DNA of 64,000 nt, from the NCBI RefSeq assembly GCF_009834535.1, contig NC_045707.1, forward strand, positions 64,544,001 through 64,608,000, given 5' to 3'. The notes below the pieces were generated by a model. That model saw only the letters and a program-made list of their open reading frames with translations, ran no database searches and was not told where the DNA came from. The DNA is from Camelus ferus. Lineage: Eukaryota. Positions 1-13,700 of the stretch are shown here, piece after piece. Every line of letters starts with the position of its first letter. Positions within the stretch are counted from its first letter, which is position 1. The position numbers were made by a program, and so were the translations under genes.

Positions 1-565
1 ACGTGTGATTCTTGATATCGCACTGGCTTCTTTTTTATGACATATTTTATTTACAAATATATACAGTATTACAATATGAACATCTATGCTTCTACCATGG
101 AACGTAATTAATAGACCATTATATTATAAATACAATAGGAACTCTGGTTGCTTTTAACTAATCTAATTCCTCTTCCCCTCCCTCAAAGACAGTCACTATT
201 CTGCATTTGGTGTCTAATCATTCCCATAGCTATTCTGGCACTTTGACTTATCTGTATTATATCTATAGTGTAGTATATAGCATATATATTATAAGTAATA
301 TATAAACAATATATAGTCTAATTTTGCATAAACTATATACAAGTGATGCGCCAAAGTATGTATCCTTCTGCCTTACTGGATCTCAGTTACCTAAACATAA
401 GAGCTAAAACTGTAAAACTCCTGGAAGAAAATAATAGGTGTTAATCTTCATGACCTCGGTTTAGGCAATGGTTTTTCAGTTATGACACCAAAAGCTCAAC
501 AACCAAAGAAAATATTGGTATCTTGGGCTTCATCAAAATAAAAATGTTTGTGCTTCAGAGGAGAA

Positions 566-628
566 TGTACAAGTCAGGGTTCTCCAGAGAAACATAACCA
601 ATAGGATGTATGTATACACATACATACA

Positions 629-660
<32 letters not shown>

Positions 661-1089
661 AAGAGATTTATTATAAGGAATTGGCTCATGTGATTTTGGA
701 AGCTGGCAAGTCCCAAGATCTGCAGGGTGAGCTGGCAGGCTGGAGACTCAGAAGAGCCAGTGACGTAGTTCCAGTATGTAGGCCAGCAGATTTGCAACCC
801 AGGGAGTTAATGTTTCAGTTCAAGTCTAAAGGCAGGGAAAAATTGATGTCCTAGTTCAAAGGCTATCAGGCAAGAAGAATTCTCTCTTATGTAGGGGAAG
901 GTCAGCCTTTTTGTGCTATTCAGGCCTTCAACTGATTAGACAAGGCCCAGTTACATTATGGAGGGAAAGAGGACAATCTGCTTTACTCAGTCAACTGATT
1001 TATTTGTTAGCCTCACCCTAAAACACCCAGAATGGCAACTGATCAAATATACCTGGGCCACAAGTTGACACATAAAGTTAACCATCACA
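566..1089 (-). mobile_element. MLT2 (ERVL) solo LTR nested in L1
   Basis: Ends in 'caagttgacacataaagttaaccatcaca', the reverse complement of the MLT2 start TGTGATGGTTAA...TGTGTCAACTTG. Begins 'tgta...tcagggttctccagagaaac'. Degenerate 5-bp TSD gagaa/gatac. Confidence 0.85.
615..658. repeat. (TACA)n microsatellite inside MLT2
   Basis: Visible tandem tacatacataca; it produces the low-complexity ORFs 555..797 and 606..854. Confidence 0.95.
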
Positions 1090-1931
1090 GATACTGTCAA
1101 GAAAGTGAAAAGACCATGCACAAAATGAGAGAAAGTGTTTGTGAATCATCTATCTGATAAGGGTCTAGTATGCAGAATATATAACTTTCTGACTCAAAAA
1201 ATAAAAAGACAAATAATACATTTTAAAAATGGGCAACAAGTTTGAATAGACACTTCTCCATAGAAGATACACAAATCACCAGTAAGTACATGATGTTCAA
1301 CATCATTAGTCATTAAGGAAATGCAATTGAAAACAAATGAGACCACTTCAAACCCACTAAGATGGCTTTAATCAAAGCTATAGATAGTCACAATTATTGG
1401 CAAGGATGTGGAGAAATTAGAGCCCTCATAGATTGCTGGTAGAAGTGTCAAATGGTACAGCCACTTTGGAAAAACATTTGGCAGTGTCTCAGAAAGTTAA
1501 ACCTAGAGTTACCGTATGACCAATGTCACTCCTACATGTATAGCCAGGAGAGATGAAAACACATGTCCACACACACCAAAAAAAACTTGTACACGAGTGT
1601 TCCTAGCAGAATTGTTCACAATAGCCCAAAGTGGAAACAAATCCAAATATCCATCAACTGATAAATGAATAAATAATAAATGTGATATAGTCATACAATA
1701 GACTACACGATGCCATAAAAAGGAATGAAGTATTGATAGCTACTATAACATGGATGAATCTTGAAAGACACAAAAAGCTATATGTTGTATGATTTCATTT
1801 ATATGAGATGTCCAAGATAGGCAAATTCATAGACAGAGTAGATTAGTGGTTTCCAGTGACTGGGGAGGAGGAGTGAGGAGTGACTACTGGTGGGTAAGAA
1901 GTTTCTTTGGAGGGGTGAGTGAAATGTTATA

Positions 1932-2067
1932 TGGTTGACCCCTGAACAGCACAGGTTTGAACTGCCCAGATCCACTTATACATGGATTTTTTTTCAGTAA
2001 GTGTGTGGATTTTCAACTGTGTATGGGGTCCAGTGCCCCAACCCCTGTGTTGTTCAAAGGTCAACTG
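1932..2067 (+). mobile_element. Tigger2-derived MITE (TcMar-Tigger)
   Basis: Terminal inverted repeats 'tggttgacccctgaacagcac' and 'gtgttgttcaaaggtcaactg', flanked by TA duplications at 1930-1931 and 2068-2069. Confidence 0.85.
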
Positions 2068-4726
2068 TAAAATTGATTGTGGTGATGTTTACAAAGCATA
2101 TAAACTATACTAAAAACTGTTGAATTATATACACTTTTTAAAAAGTTAACTTTTTGATATGTAAATGATACTTCAGTAACAAAAGGGGAAAGTATATGTA
2201 GCTTTGATTTGTATCAGAATGTTGGCTGTTTCTAGAAAATTAGTTGGACAGTGCTTCTGACAGTTTTTCATTTTATTTGATTTGGTTGAAATGTGCCAAT
2301 TTAAAACATTTTTATTTATGGAAAGCAAAGGGATATATTTCCTACAGCAAGTATAAAAGTATTCTTTACATGACAAATTTCAGTTCACTCTTAAAAATGT
2401 GTATGGCATTTTGCGTTCCAGAAATATTTATTTTTTTACCAGTCCATCTGCTCCTTGAACATAATATAGATAATAAAACACAGTATCCAAAGTAAGAATT
2501 CTTGACTTTGTCTCGCACGCATGGTATCTGCTCTTGGGTGAATGGCTGTTCTATTTTCAGGGTGATCTTGCAATGATTCCACCTCACGGTGGATAAAAGA
2601 AGACCCAGAAGTAAAAAATGAATTATTATAAATGGCGTGAGGTCAACAAATCCCAGTTACTTGAGGAGGAAAAGCTTATTTTAACTATTGGCAACTTTGT
2701 TCAGTAATTTATATTTAAACGTCTATCCTTGTCCTCGGCGTCACTGATAACGTGATTGTATATTTACATTGGCAAGAATGTGGTCACTGTGAGACCAGGT
2801 GCCCCCTCTTCATTTATCGCTAACACAACTCTTCCAGGTAATTAAGGCCTTCCTTCCACCTGAGAAGTGATGGCACTTTAGATACAATCTGTGGCCACTG
2901 AGTAACCCGGCTAAGTCATTTGCTCTTCACTGGCCAAGAGGAAGCAACTCCCTCCTCTGAAATTCCAAGGTGAAAGGCCAGTGGCTTTAGAGGGCCACCG
3001 TCATCCTGGCCTGTTCCTCAAGCATTTGAACAGCCCAAAGCCCTCAACTGCATTGCTGGGTGGTGCACTTTTAAATCAACACTGAACAAACACAGGAATG
3101 TGTATTTAAATAAATTACCATTCTTGGATAAATATTTGGGGAAGCTCTGGACACAGTAGATTTTCATAATTTTGACTGAGTTCATTTTAGGTAATGGTAG
3201 ACAGTGATGTGCTCCAGTTAATGACTTAAGATACCTGCTTCTCCCATCAGCTGACTGAGAAGGACTTCTAGAAGCTTTCAGACAGGCACTCAATCTAAGT
3301 ACTTTTTAAAGTATCTAATTCTTTCCATTAAATGTGAACATTTTCTTTGTGAAATTTTGATTTCACAAATGTTCCTCTCCAGTGATTGAAACGAAGTTTA
3401 AGGATTTGTTGTAAGACAACGTGCTCTTAAATATAAATAAATATTCTTTACTGCTGTAACTTCCTAGTCATGATTCTACAGCTTACCAGGCAGCAAAATA
3501 TTGGAATCTTCTGAATAGGTCTCCTTCCTCATAGTCTATAATGTCCTCACGATCAGAGGCCATGTTTTATTTATCCTGGTACCCACACCTCCCCGAACTA
3601 TTTCTGGAAAACAGTAGCATTCAATAAATGTCTGTTGTTGAACTATGTTCATCAGGGTTTCATGGTTAAGAAGGAAGTCTCAGGAATAATGTGCCTGTAT
3701 TCACGTACCTTACTGTATTACTTTTGGTAAATTACTTAACTGCTTTAGTTTCCCCGTAAATAAAATAGGGAAAATCGTTAACACTTCTCTCAAAAATTGT
3801 CATAGGAATTAAATGAGATAGTACAAATAAGCCACTCCTTGCAGGCTTAGCTTAATTAATGTTAGCTGCCATCATCTTCATCAACATTATTAGCATGTAT
3901 GTTATTAGGTTACATCACAACATTGCCGCGTTACATTATTACAACGTTATTAGCAAACACAGCCACCTTGGGACTGTGGGTGCTTATCCTGGGGCCAACT
4001 TGTACTGCTCTGAGAGTTGAACGTGGAAACCAAGCCCACTCTCCTGCTTGACTCCAATCAGAAGAAAGATGGAGTCAGTGAAAATCAATACTTTCTCTTT
4101 TCTTCCTTCTCTTTTCCTGCAACCATCCCCACTTCTTACCCAAAAGAGGGGAGAAATGAGGAAATGAGCACTTTGACTGCAAACACATAACAAGCAAGAA
4201 TTCCACATAAGCTCTGGGATAAGAAAGGATACCCTTAAGCTTCTGGGGTGGTGTGTGGAGAGAGATGTTAATTAAGTTTAATATCCATCTGAGAAAAACT
4301 AAGAAGGCAAAAGCAATGCAGGGCATCACAACTCAGAGACGTAGTAAGAAAATGTGTTGCCGTGGTTACATTTACTAGCCTGTTTATTTGCTGCCTGTTG
4401 CCCAATAGGCAGAGCCATAAAGATATATGGCATCTTGAGCTGTGTGATAAAATGTATATTTTCATTCATGAAGCCATGGTAAGAATTTACCAAGATATAT
4501 TGTTTTTGTTTTAGATGATGCTATTTGCTAAAATTTCTCTTGTGTTATGTAACCACGTATACAGGTTGACTTCAAAATTTAGATGTCACACCAGCTAAAA
4601 AGAATCAGAGCTACCACTGTCCGTGGGTCTATGCATTCCAGTGAAGCGTTAGAGCTCTCGCCGTTTAAAAACAGCCTCTGGGAAATGTTGTCATTGCTTC
4701 TGGCCTAGTCTTTTCTCCTCTTTTCA

Positions 4727-4748
4727 CTCTCTCTCTCTCTCTCTCTCT
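4727..4748. repeat. (CT)n microsatellite
   Basis: Visible ctctctct run. Confidence 0.9.
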
Positions 4749-4849
4749 TTCTTTCTACAATCAACAAAACTTTTATTAAACTTTAATAAGGAGACATTTT
4801 TCCCATTAAAGTGACACCATGATAAAGTTATAACAAAAATTGATCATAA

Positions 4850-7015
4850 GATCTGGACAGTTTTTGGGTGACTCTGCAGATCAATTTCAGGAGTATTGCC
4901 ATTTTAACAATATTAACTCTTCCAATACTTAAACATAGTATGTCCTTCCATCTATTTAGGTCTTTTAAAATTTCTTTCAATAATGTTTTATAGTTTTCCT
5001 TGTAAAACTTTTGCACTTTTTGCAAAGTTTATTCCTAAGTGTTTTATTCTTTTTGATGACATTATAAATGGAGCTGCTTTCTTAACTTCATTTGTGGATT
5101 ATTTATTGATATTATAAAGAAAGGCAATGATTTCTTATATTGATTTTGTATCATGCAGCCTTGCGGAACTCAAGTATTACTTTTAATATATTTTTTGTGC
5201 AGTCCTTGGCATTGTCTGTATACTAGATCATGACATCTGCAAATAGAATAGTTTTATTTCTTCCTTTTCAATCTGGATTTCTTTTGTTTCATTATCTTAT
5301 CTTAATCTCGCTGGCTAGAACCTTCAGTACAATATTGAATAGACGTGGTAAGAGCAAGCCCCTTTGTCTCGTGCCTCATCTTAGTTACACAGCTTTGAGT
5401 CTTTCACCGTTAAGTATAACATTAGCTGGGTTTTTTTTTTTCTTAAATAAACATGCCCTTAATTAGATTGATAAAGCCTTCTACTCCTGGTTTGTTGAGT
5501 GCTTTTATTATGAAAGAATATTGGACTTGTCAAATGCTTTTCTGAGCCTATTAAGATGATTATATGAGTTTTGTCCATTTTTCTTTTAATAGGGCAGATT
5601 ACAGTGTTTGATTTTTGCATATTGAACTGCTCTTGAATTCCTGGGGTATACCTCACATGGTCATGGTGTATAATCCTTTTTATATGTTGCTGAATTTGGT
5701 TTGTTAATATTTTGCTGAATATTTTTGTATCTATATTCATACTGATATAGATTCATATTGATATTGATTTGTAATTTTCTTATATTGGCTTTGGCTTTGG
5801 TTTGAGGGTAATACTGGCCTCATATGTGGAGCTGGGAAATACTTCTTTCCCTTCTGTTTTTTGAAAGTGTTTGTGAAGGAAATTATTATATTTATTATAT
5901 TTATATATATTTATTATACTTATATATATTATAATTAATATTATAATTAATTCAGTCTCTTTATTGTAGGTCTTTTTAGATGAATCTTTGAATTCTGTCT
6001 CTTGTATTGAATCAGTTTTAATAGTTTACATCTTTCTAGGGATTTGTCCATTTCATCCAGGTTATCGAATTTGCTCGTGTCCAGCTGTTCAGGGTATTCC
6101 GTTTTTATCTTTTTATGTCTGTGAAGTGGGTAGTGCAGTCCCTCCTTTCATTCAAGATTTTAGTTGAGTCTCGTCTTTTTTTACTTGGCCGCCCTAGATA
6201 AGGTTTGTCCGTTTTGTTGATCTTGTCAAAAAACCAACTTTGGGTCCATTGATTTTTCTCTATTGATTTTTTATTCTCTATTTTATTTATTTCAGCTCTT
6301 ATCCTTATTATTTCCTTCTTTATGCTTGCTTTTCATTTAGTTTGCCCTTCTTTTTCCATTTTCTAAGGTTCAGTTACTTTATTTCTTCTATTTTAATGTA
6401 GGTACTGAAAACCATAAAATCTCCCTCTAAACACTGCTTTTACTGCATCCTGTAAGTTTTGGGATGTTGTATTTTCATTTATCTCAAAGTATTTTTAATT
6501 TCCCTTGTGATATCTTGTTTGACCCATTGGTTATCTAGTAGTATGATGTGAATTTGCACATATTTGTGAATTTCCCAAATTTCCTTCTGTTATTAATTTC
6601 TAATGTTATTCCATTTGATAAGAGTGTATAATTAGTATGATTTAAGCCCCTTTAAATTTATTTAGACTTGTTCTGTGGCTTATCCTGGAGAACAGTCCAT
6701 GTGCACTTGAGAAGAATTTGTATTCTGCTATTGTTGGGTGGAGAGTTCTGTAGATACCTGTTAGGTCTGGTTAGTTTACAGTTTTGTTCAAGTCTTTTAT
6801 TTCCTTGTTGATCTTCTGTCTAGTTTTCTATTCATTATTGAAAGTGGGTTATTGTAGTCTCCTAGTATGATTGTTGAATTGCCTTTTTCTCCCTTCACTG
6901 AACTGTCAATTTTGATGCTCTTTTTTAAGTGCATATATGATTATAATTCTTATGTCTTCTAAATGGATTGGTTCTTTTATCATCATAAAATGTCCTCTTT
7001 GTCTGTAGTAACATT
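4850..7015 (-). mobile_element. Old L1 ORF2 fragment (degenerate)
   Basis: Minus-strand ORFs give L1 ORF2 peptides: '[34 protein letters not shown]' and 'MNIDTKIFSKILTNQIQQHIKRIIHHDHV'. Many stops and frameshifts. Confidence 0.9.
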
Positions 7016-7039
7016 TGGGGAAAAGAGAAGTGGAAATAG

Positions 7040-7245
7040 GTTAAGTTAAAACACCACAAGCTTCACCATTCTTACTGATATTCAGCAGTTTTTCTTGAAT
7101 AAATTCTTCTCAGATTGCTAGAAGCCTTTGGTTAGTTTTCAGGGTTCTTAAAAAGTTGATTTTGACCATTTTTGCTCGGATTTTCAGTGCTTTTGTAGAG
7201 ACTTGGATTCTTAGGTGTCCTTACTTTGCTATTCTAGAAGTCCTC
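7040..7245 (-). mobile_element. Probable 5'-region fragment of an old L1M element
   Basis: 'gaataaattcttctcagattgctagaagcctttggttagttttc...aaaagttgattttgac' resembles a remembered L1MC/MD 5' end; adjacent to the antisense L1. Confidence 0.45.
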
Positions 7246-7254
7246 TCCTGCCCA

Positions 7255-7600
7255 TTCTTTTTAAATATTCTTACTGGTGGAAAATATTTGTCCTTTGAAG
7301 GTGAATTTGAATTTTGGAAACTGTCAAAAGTCATGTATAGTGCTGTATGGTATATAAGTTGACCAATATCTGAATAGAACTAGTTTGGGGTAAAAAATGA
7401 TTTGGACTACAAAATAACAAAGCTGGATTTCTTCCATGGGTCATAAATAGACTAAAGACAGAGAGGAATGCCAAAAAAAAGAAAATTGTGAACAATGGCA
7501 GCTTTGTGATCCATGTCAGATCTGAACATACATTAGAGGATGAGTCCAAAGAAGAATGATCCATGTTTCCAAACATCTTTTAGAATTGCCTTCAGTTCCA
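7255..7600. mobile_element. MARNA-like mariner relic
   Basis: 'cctttgaaggtgaatttgaattttggaaactgtcaaaagtcat...ggggtaaaaaatga' resembles the remembered MARNA consensus. Confidence 0.55.
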
Positions 7601-10584
7601 TCTGTCATGGTAAATCGTCTTCTTCTCACTATGGTAAAATTAAAACCTTTAGTTGATCAAATGTATCTGGCCCTTGTCTGAGATTATCTCATTTGGTTCT
7701 GAACCGTTCATTTACCCTTGTCTGGGTAGAGCTTTTAGCAGGCTACACAAAGACCCATATGAGACTGGCATAGTTGAGATTCTAGTTACAGAATGCCTTT
7801 GATATGTCTACAGCTGTATAAAGGCCCCAATTTAAAGAACAAATGCTTCATTAACTATATTTCTAAAGCTCTTGTTCTGTTCCCAGTCATGACAACACAG
7901 TTCCATGCATGCAAGGACTTCCAAAGTGGTTATTTACACTAACATTCATATGCACATAATACCGGATCGTCTGTGCAGGGGCAAGGGGAAAAAATTTCCC
8001 CACTTGTCTGACTTTGTAAGAGGGAAGCATTGCGTAGGCTCCTGCTGCTTATCCGTGTCCTTTAAGGAATCAGAGTTTCTCTTTTTAGTGATTAATTTCT
8101 AAGTTGTTCTAACAACAGTAACTCTAGCTACAACCAGAGGTGAGAATACAGACTTACTGTCCTACTGCGGTTTTGCAGTCTCTTACATACAGACCTAGCC
8201 GTATCCATTCTGTTGCTTTACAGCTGTACATTTCATATTGTACTGCTGGGGTGTAAAAGTGCACCTTCATTGCTAGATAAAACTAAAAAAGTAGTCTTAA
8301 ACTAAAAAAGCAGACTGATTTCCCTAAGGATTGAGGAATTTGGTTTAAAAAACTTGGGCTGCACCATCAGATGTTTTAAAAAAAAAAAAAAACCTAAAGA
8401 AACTGAGAAGTTGTGTATTTTGATGATTCTCATTTTAGCCGGGCTCTTTGGAACATTGTTATCATGTGTGTTATTTCTGGTCTTGAAAATAAGTGAATGT
8501 TTTTAATTCATTTGTAATATTCAGTACTAAAAGAGTTCTTTGGTAGATATTTAGGGAGACCTGCAGTTATTAACTGTGTTGTGTTACTTAGAAAATAGCA
8601 TTGTGCATGTATGTTGGTGTATATATATCAGCTAAAATTCAAAGAAAGATTTCTCATTTCAGAAAGAATGGTTTATTCATTGAGACTTACTGCCGTTTCC
8701 TCAGCATCATCTTTTTCTTAACGTATGAACTTGGAAAAACTAAACTTGGGAACTAAAATTAGAGCTACCATCATTTTGTTCTTTTGTTAGAAGGGAAACA
8801 GCCTCCTCACCATGAGTGACAGTCAAAACAAAACCAAATGCCAAAAAAAGAGTAAAAAATTAATCATGCTTGGATACAAGACAAAGCACTACTTTTTTTT
8901 TTCTTTTTTATGAACAAAATCACCAGAGCACTTTAGGATGTGGATGCTCAGGGGTTTTTTCATTGATATTCAGTAGACTCAAACTAAAAATCAACTGTAC
9001 CATTTACTGTACCTCGGTAAGCTTGGCTTCTCCATTCTAAATTTTCAAGTTCCCATCTAACGTGATTCCCCCACTTCCCCTGTTTCCAGAGGGTTGGACA
9101 AGCCAGCAGAACACAGGAATGTTCCATAGCATTACCCTAATCAGTTCATTTGCAACCAATTATACACTCACACAACAAAAGTGTTGCTTTCCGTGTGTTC
9201 AAGACTGGATATAGAAAGGAGAATAAAGTCAAAGTCCTTGCCCTCAAGGAATTCACACTTTAGGGTAAGTCGTTTCTAGTGAATATGATATATTAGAGAC
9301 ATATTGGAAACATTGTTAAGAGGTTTCAGAGGGAAGAGACCAGAGCATTTGGGGGATTGAATCTGAAAGAGTTGGGCCAAGCTCGTTTCAGGCAGAGAAA
9401 GCAGAGATGCAGGTTGATTCGCCCTCCTGGACAACAGATCTGGATGAGGATGACACAGGAGATGGGGCTGGAGAAGTACACAGGGACTAAATGAGGAAAC
9501 ATCTTATGTCCAAGGGCAGCTAGATGTGGGTTTTATTATATTTTCAGTGCTCAAACATCCTTCTGATGAAATCTGGACGAAACCACATTGAACTAGGAGA
9601 ATTTAGAGTTAGGAAGCTATTGCAAAAGTCTGAACAAGAGATGAACAGGGTCTGAGCTAGTTCAATGTCATTGAGCCTCAAGAATCAGCCTTGCCTCTTC
9701 CACTCTCCATGTATCTAGTGATTTATCCAAACCCAGAGATTTTGAGTTAGTTTTTTAAACTCTTTGACCTAAAAATTATCATGGAACTGAACAAGCATTA
9801 GATTCAAGGTTATTTCTCTGTCTATCATGGTGAAAAACTGAACACAACTTAGTGTCTAAAACTAAGGTACTGGTTAAGTAAGCTGTGATACATCCATCCA
9901 GTGGAGTACTGTAGGGTGTTTGCAATTAAACAAATTTAGAGACAAGACATTTGTGATATATTTGGTTAAATAAAAAGCAGGCCATAAAGGAATATGTAGA
10001 CTGAAAATCTAGATTGTGTCATGTGTATATAAAACTTGAAGGACAGACACTTAAAATGTAATTAGCAGTTACTCTTAATGTTGGTATTATATTTTTCCTT
10101 CTTTCTGCTATCTCTACTTCTCATTTTTATAGTGAATATGCATTATTTTTGAAACTGAAAAACGTTGTTAATTTTAAGGACAGGAGGTTAAAATGTTAAG
10201 GGCTTGAGGTATGAAAAATGGTCCCAACTTAGGTGACCACTGACTTTCCATATGTAAAGCTGCTACTGACTTCATCACTGACCAACTTTCCTAACCTTGC
10301 CTTCTTCACGTATCTATCAGCGTATGTCTTATAGCTCCCACACAGCCCCGCGTGCATGCAGTGAGTGAAGAATCACCACATGATCATCATTCATGATAGT
10401 AGTCATTTACATATTATATTACATGCCAGTTACTAGGCTGGAAATGGTCTCATAGTTTTGCTTTTTTTAACTTTTAAAATGTGAGGCAGTCCTGTGAGTT
10501 TTGTTGCCATCCCCGTGTGCAGATTAAGGAGTCTGAGGCTGAAACAGCTTGAGTGACGCGCAGAGCATTGATTTGAACTCAGAT

Positions 10585-10734
10585 TCCAAGGTCAGTGCTC
10601 CAAGAACAATGCAACAAATTGAATTTATTTTTTTTCCAAAGCCAATGCTCCAAGAACAATGCAACAAATTGAATTTATTTTTTTTCCAAAGCCAATGCTC
10701 CAAGAACAATGTAACAAGTTGAATTTATTTTTTT
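10585..10734. repeat. 50-bp tandem repeat, about 3 copies
   Basis: 'gctccaagaacaat' recurs at 10597, 10647 and 10697; the units are nearly identical. Confidence 0.95.
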
Positions 10735-13700
10735 AATGATTGTTTTGGTTTTTATTTTTTTTAGTAATTAAAGACGGGTGCAGTAAATTTTGCTTAGTGC
10801 TATCCATCTATAAAAGGTCCGATATCATTGTTTGAATTCAAAAATATTTATTTAATCACTCAGTAGGGATGGCAACATTCTACCTAGTGAGTAGGTGCTT
10901 TCTAAGTAAGGAAATCAAGCATTTCTCACACCAAAAATGTTCCCTGCATGATAAGATTTTTCTTTTTACTTTAGAGTGAAATGCCTTTGTCATCTTCCTG
11001 GGCCTGGACCTGGTATCTTGTATTCTTAATACTTTTCTTCCCTACAGGATTTCCTTTGGGAAATTTTATTCTAGATGCTCACAATACCTATTCAGTTATT
11101 TCAGCTTCTACAAATTAGTAACATTGCATTTCTGTCAAAATTTAACTTTCCAAGAGCTTTGAATTTAAGTCACAATTTAACTTAGCACTCCATATCCTCA
11201 TCTTGGTTTTTGTTTTTGTTTTTCTAAATTTGCCCTCTGATCTGTCAAGCAATCCAGGCTGGGACTTACTACTATACATCATTTATTTGAAGGTAAAGAG
11301 ATAGAGAGAAACAGCAAACAGTTTATTAAGTACCATTACCCTTGGAACTTAAAAGTCATAGAATCTGAAGTTTCAAAGAACTGGGGAGGCCAGCCTACAC
11401 ATAGTGAAGGATTTCCATCTCTTTATTCTGACAGTTTTTCGTTTGTTATTCAAGTAAGTGGGAACCTCTTTTTGCTTTTGTCATCTTTTTCTTTCACCTT
11501 TATTAGAAATCTCCTAGAAAGCTGAATATGTGGACAAATTGAATGAACAAAATGAATTAAGAAAAAATGAAGTTGGTGGTTGGGGTCTTAAGCTCACCTT
11601 TACGATCAAGCCAAGGTTATCAGATTTGTGATCATTGTGGTTATAACACACAAAGTGGAAAGGTTGGAGTGAAGGTCTCAGACTCACAACATTTCAGATC
11701 TGGAGAGGACTTCAGTATTAAACTTCTTACTTCTCACCGTGTAAAACTAATAAATTACACACATTTTTAACAGAACAAAAAAAAATTAAGATTAGAAAAG
11801 CGCTCAAAGACCTGTTTGCCTTCATTCTGTATTAAATTCTTCTTATAATCTTTGGATGCATATTTTTCCGTTGCAAGGACTTCGAGATAAGCAGCTGCCA
11901 CCATTTCCCATTGAAACTTAATTTCATAATCCAATGGTTTCAGAAGTACATCTTCCTGGACTAGTGGCCAAAGGATTGCTTGTTTCATTTTGTTCTCTTA
12001 CTCCCATTTCCATCCCTTGCTGGCGGCGAAACGAAGGGCCATGCTTGAAGTCCTCACTGTTCTTGGCAGCCGAGGTACCACATGGAGAGCAGCCATATGT
12101 GAGCCTTCGAGCCCATGGACATCATGCTGGAAGCTGTAGCCCTTCTGCCTAAATCCAGCTTCTAAAATCCAGCATACACTCCCAACTACCAGGAAAATAA
12201 AAATGCCTAGTTTCTAAATTATTCCAGCACCCAATGGTTCTTGTATTTTTCGTTTATATTTTCTTTTCACCTCTTGGTCACAAGGAGCGATAAGGCAAAA
12301 GTTGAACCATTTCAACACAGTTGTTTATAGTCTCCTGCTGAAATGAATGTGTGGCCCTGGCCCATAATATTTATACATGTTTTCCTTTTAACTTAATTGT
12401 AATTAGCGTGCTGTTTATTGCATTCCTTTTACCTTTCCTTAAGAATTTGCTTTTTCCTTCAATTGTTTGCATTGGTATCTTTTGAATTTCCTCCCTCTTA
12501 TTTATTTTTTGGCATAAATAATAATTGGTGCTACAGTGGGAGCTTGATAAAGCTTTTTATTATGTTCCCTTTTGTCCAACGGCAATCATGAGGCATTGAA
12601 AAATAAAAAGTCGAAACAGTTTGTCCAGAGTTACATAACAAAAAAGAAGCAAAGTCGTTAATACGACTGTGTGTTCTTAGTTTTCCACATTTGGTTTTTA
12701 TTAAAGGTCCAGATCTCCTTCCATTAGTTCTGTTGTTTAAAAATTCTTTAGATTTTCGTTCCTTTCTCTGAATTTAAATTTTCTCTTAATTTCTTAAGCT
12801 TGTGTTTTTATCTTCTTTTTGAAATGTCTTTCTGATTCATTCCTCCCTTGTTACTATTTCGTTTAGGGAGACTATAAAGCAAATGCACATTCTCTTAGTT
12901 CATTAAAGTGGTATTTTTCTCCTTCAGATCATTAGTCAGTGACAGCTACTTAAATATCTAATATCCTCATATTTCTCCGACACATGCCTTCCCTAGATTG
13001 TTTAGTAAATTGTATTAGGAATGTTGATAACCTATTCAGGGAAATGAAACCTAGGTCATTCTCACCTTTGCCGTACCCCAAAGTAAATTACAAATAGATT
13101 AAAAGGTTAAGTTTTTTTAAAAATCTAAACTTCCAGGAGAAGAATTTCTGTGTATTTTAAAATAATACAAGAAACCACAAAAGATTAGTATCTTTACTTT
13201 TTTAGTTTGTTTTAATATTTAATTTGTAAATTTTAACATTTGACTAAATGTCAATATATATTTTTTAAACCCTTAGTATTTTAAGGCAACAGTATATGCA
13301 ACAACTATGCCTGAGAAATAATTTATATCATCTATATCTTAGCAATCAATAGTGAGTTCATAAATGCCACAATATAAACATTAAGAGCATGAACCGACAA
13401 TTCTCAAAAGTAAGGGCCAATAAATGAACAATAGTCATATGACAATATATTTATCCTCATCTCTAATCAAAGAAATCAAAATTAAAACAGTAAGTCACTG
13501 CCCTTACTGCCTATAAAATAGCAAACTTGAAATGTCAATTTAAATGTGAGTGAAGTTTATGTGACTCTAGGTGGTTTTAATTTCTTTTCAAAACTCCTAA
13601 ATTTTAAATTTTCTACAATGAACATGTGTTAGTTTTATAGTAAAAATAATAACTCTTCAAAATATATATAGATGTTTATTTAATCCCTTTTCTCCAACCC

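Larger units (their letters stand above)
391..2170 (+). mobile_element. Old L1 (L1MB-like) end of ORF2 and 3' UTR, interrupted by an MLT2 LTR and a Tigger2-type MITE
   Basis: Typical L1 3' segments: 'aaaactgtaaaactcctggaagaaaa', 'aatagacacttctcc', 'atagcccaaagtggaaacaaatccaaat', 'ggatgaatcttgaa', 'tgattgtggtgatg'. The L1 sequence resumes after each insertion. Subfamily assigned from memory. Confidence 0.85.

Noticed and set aside
3980..4330. Possible ancient LTR fragment
   Set aside because: Only a vague resemblance; no termini or TSD I can support.
10585..10734. CRISPR-like repeat array
   Set aside because: Units are contiguous with no unique spacers, the context is mammalian and there are no cas genes.
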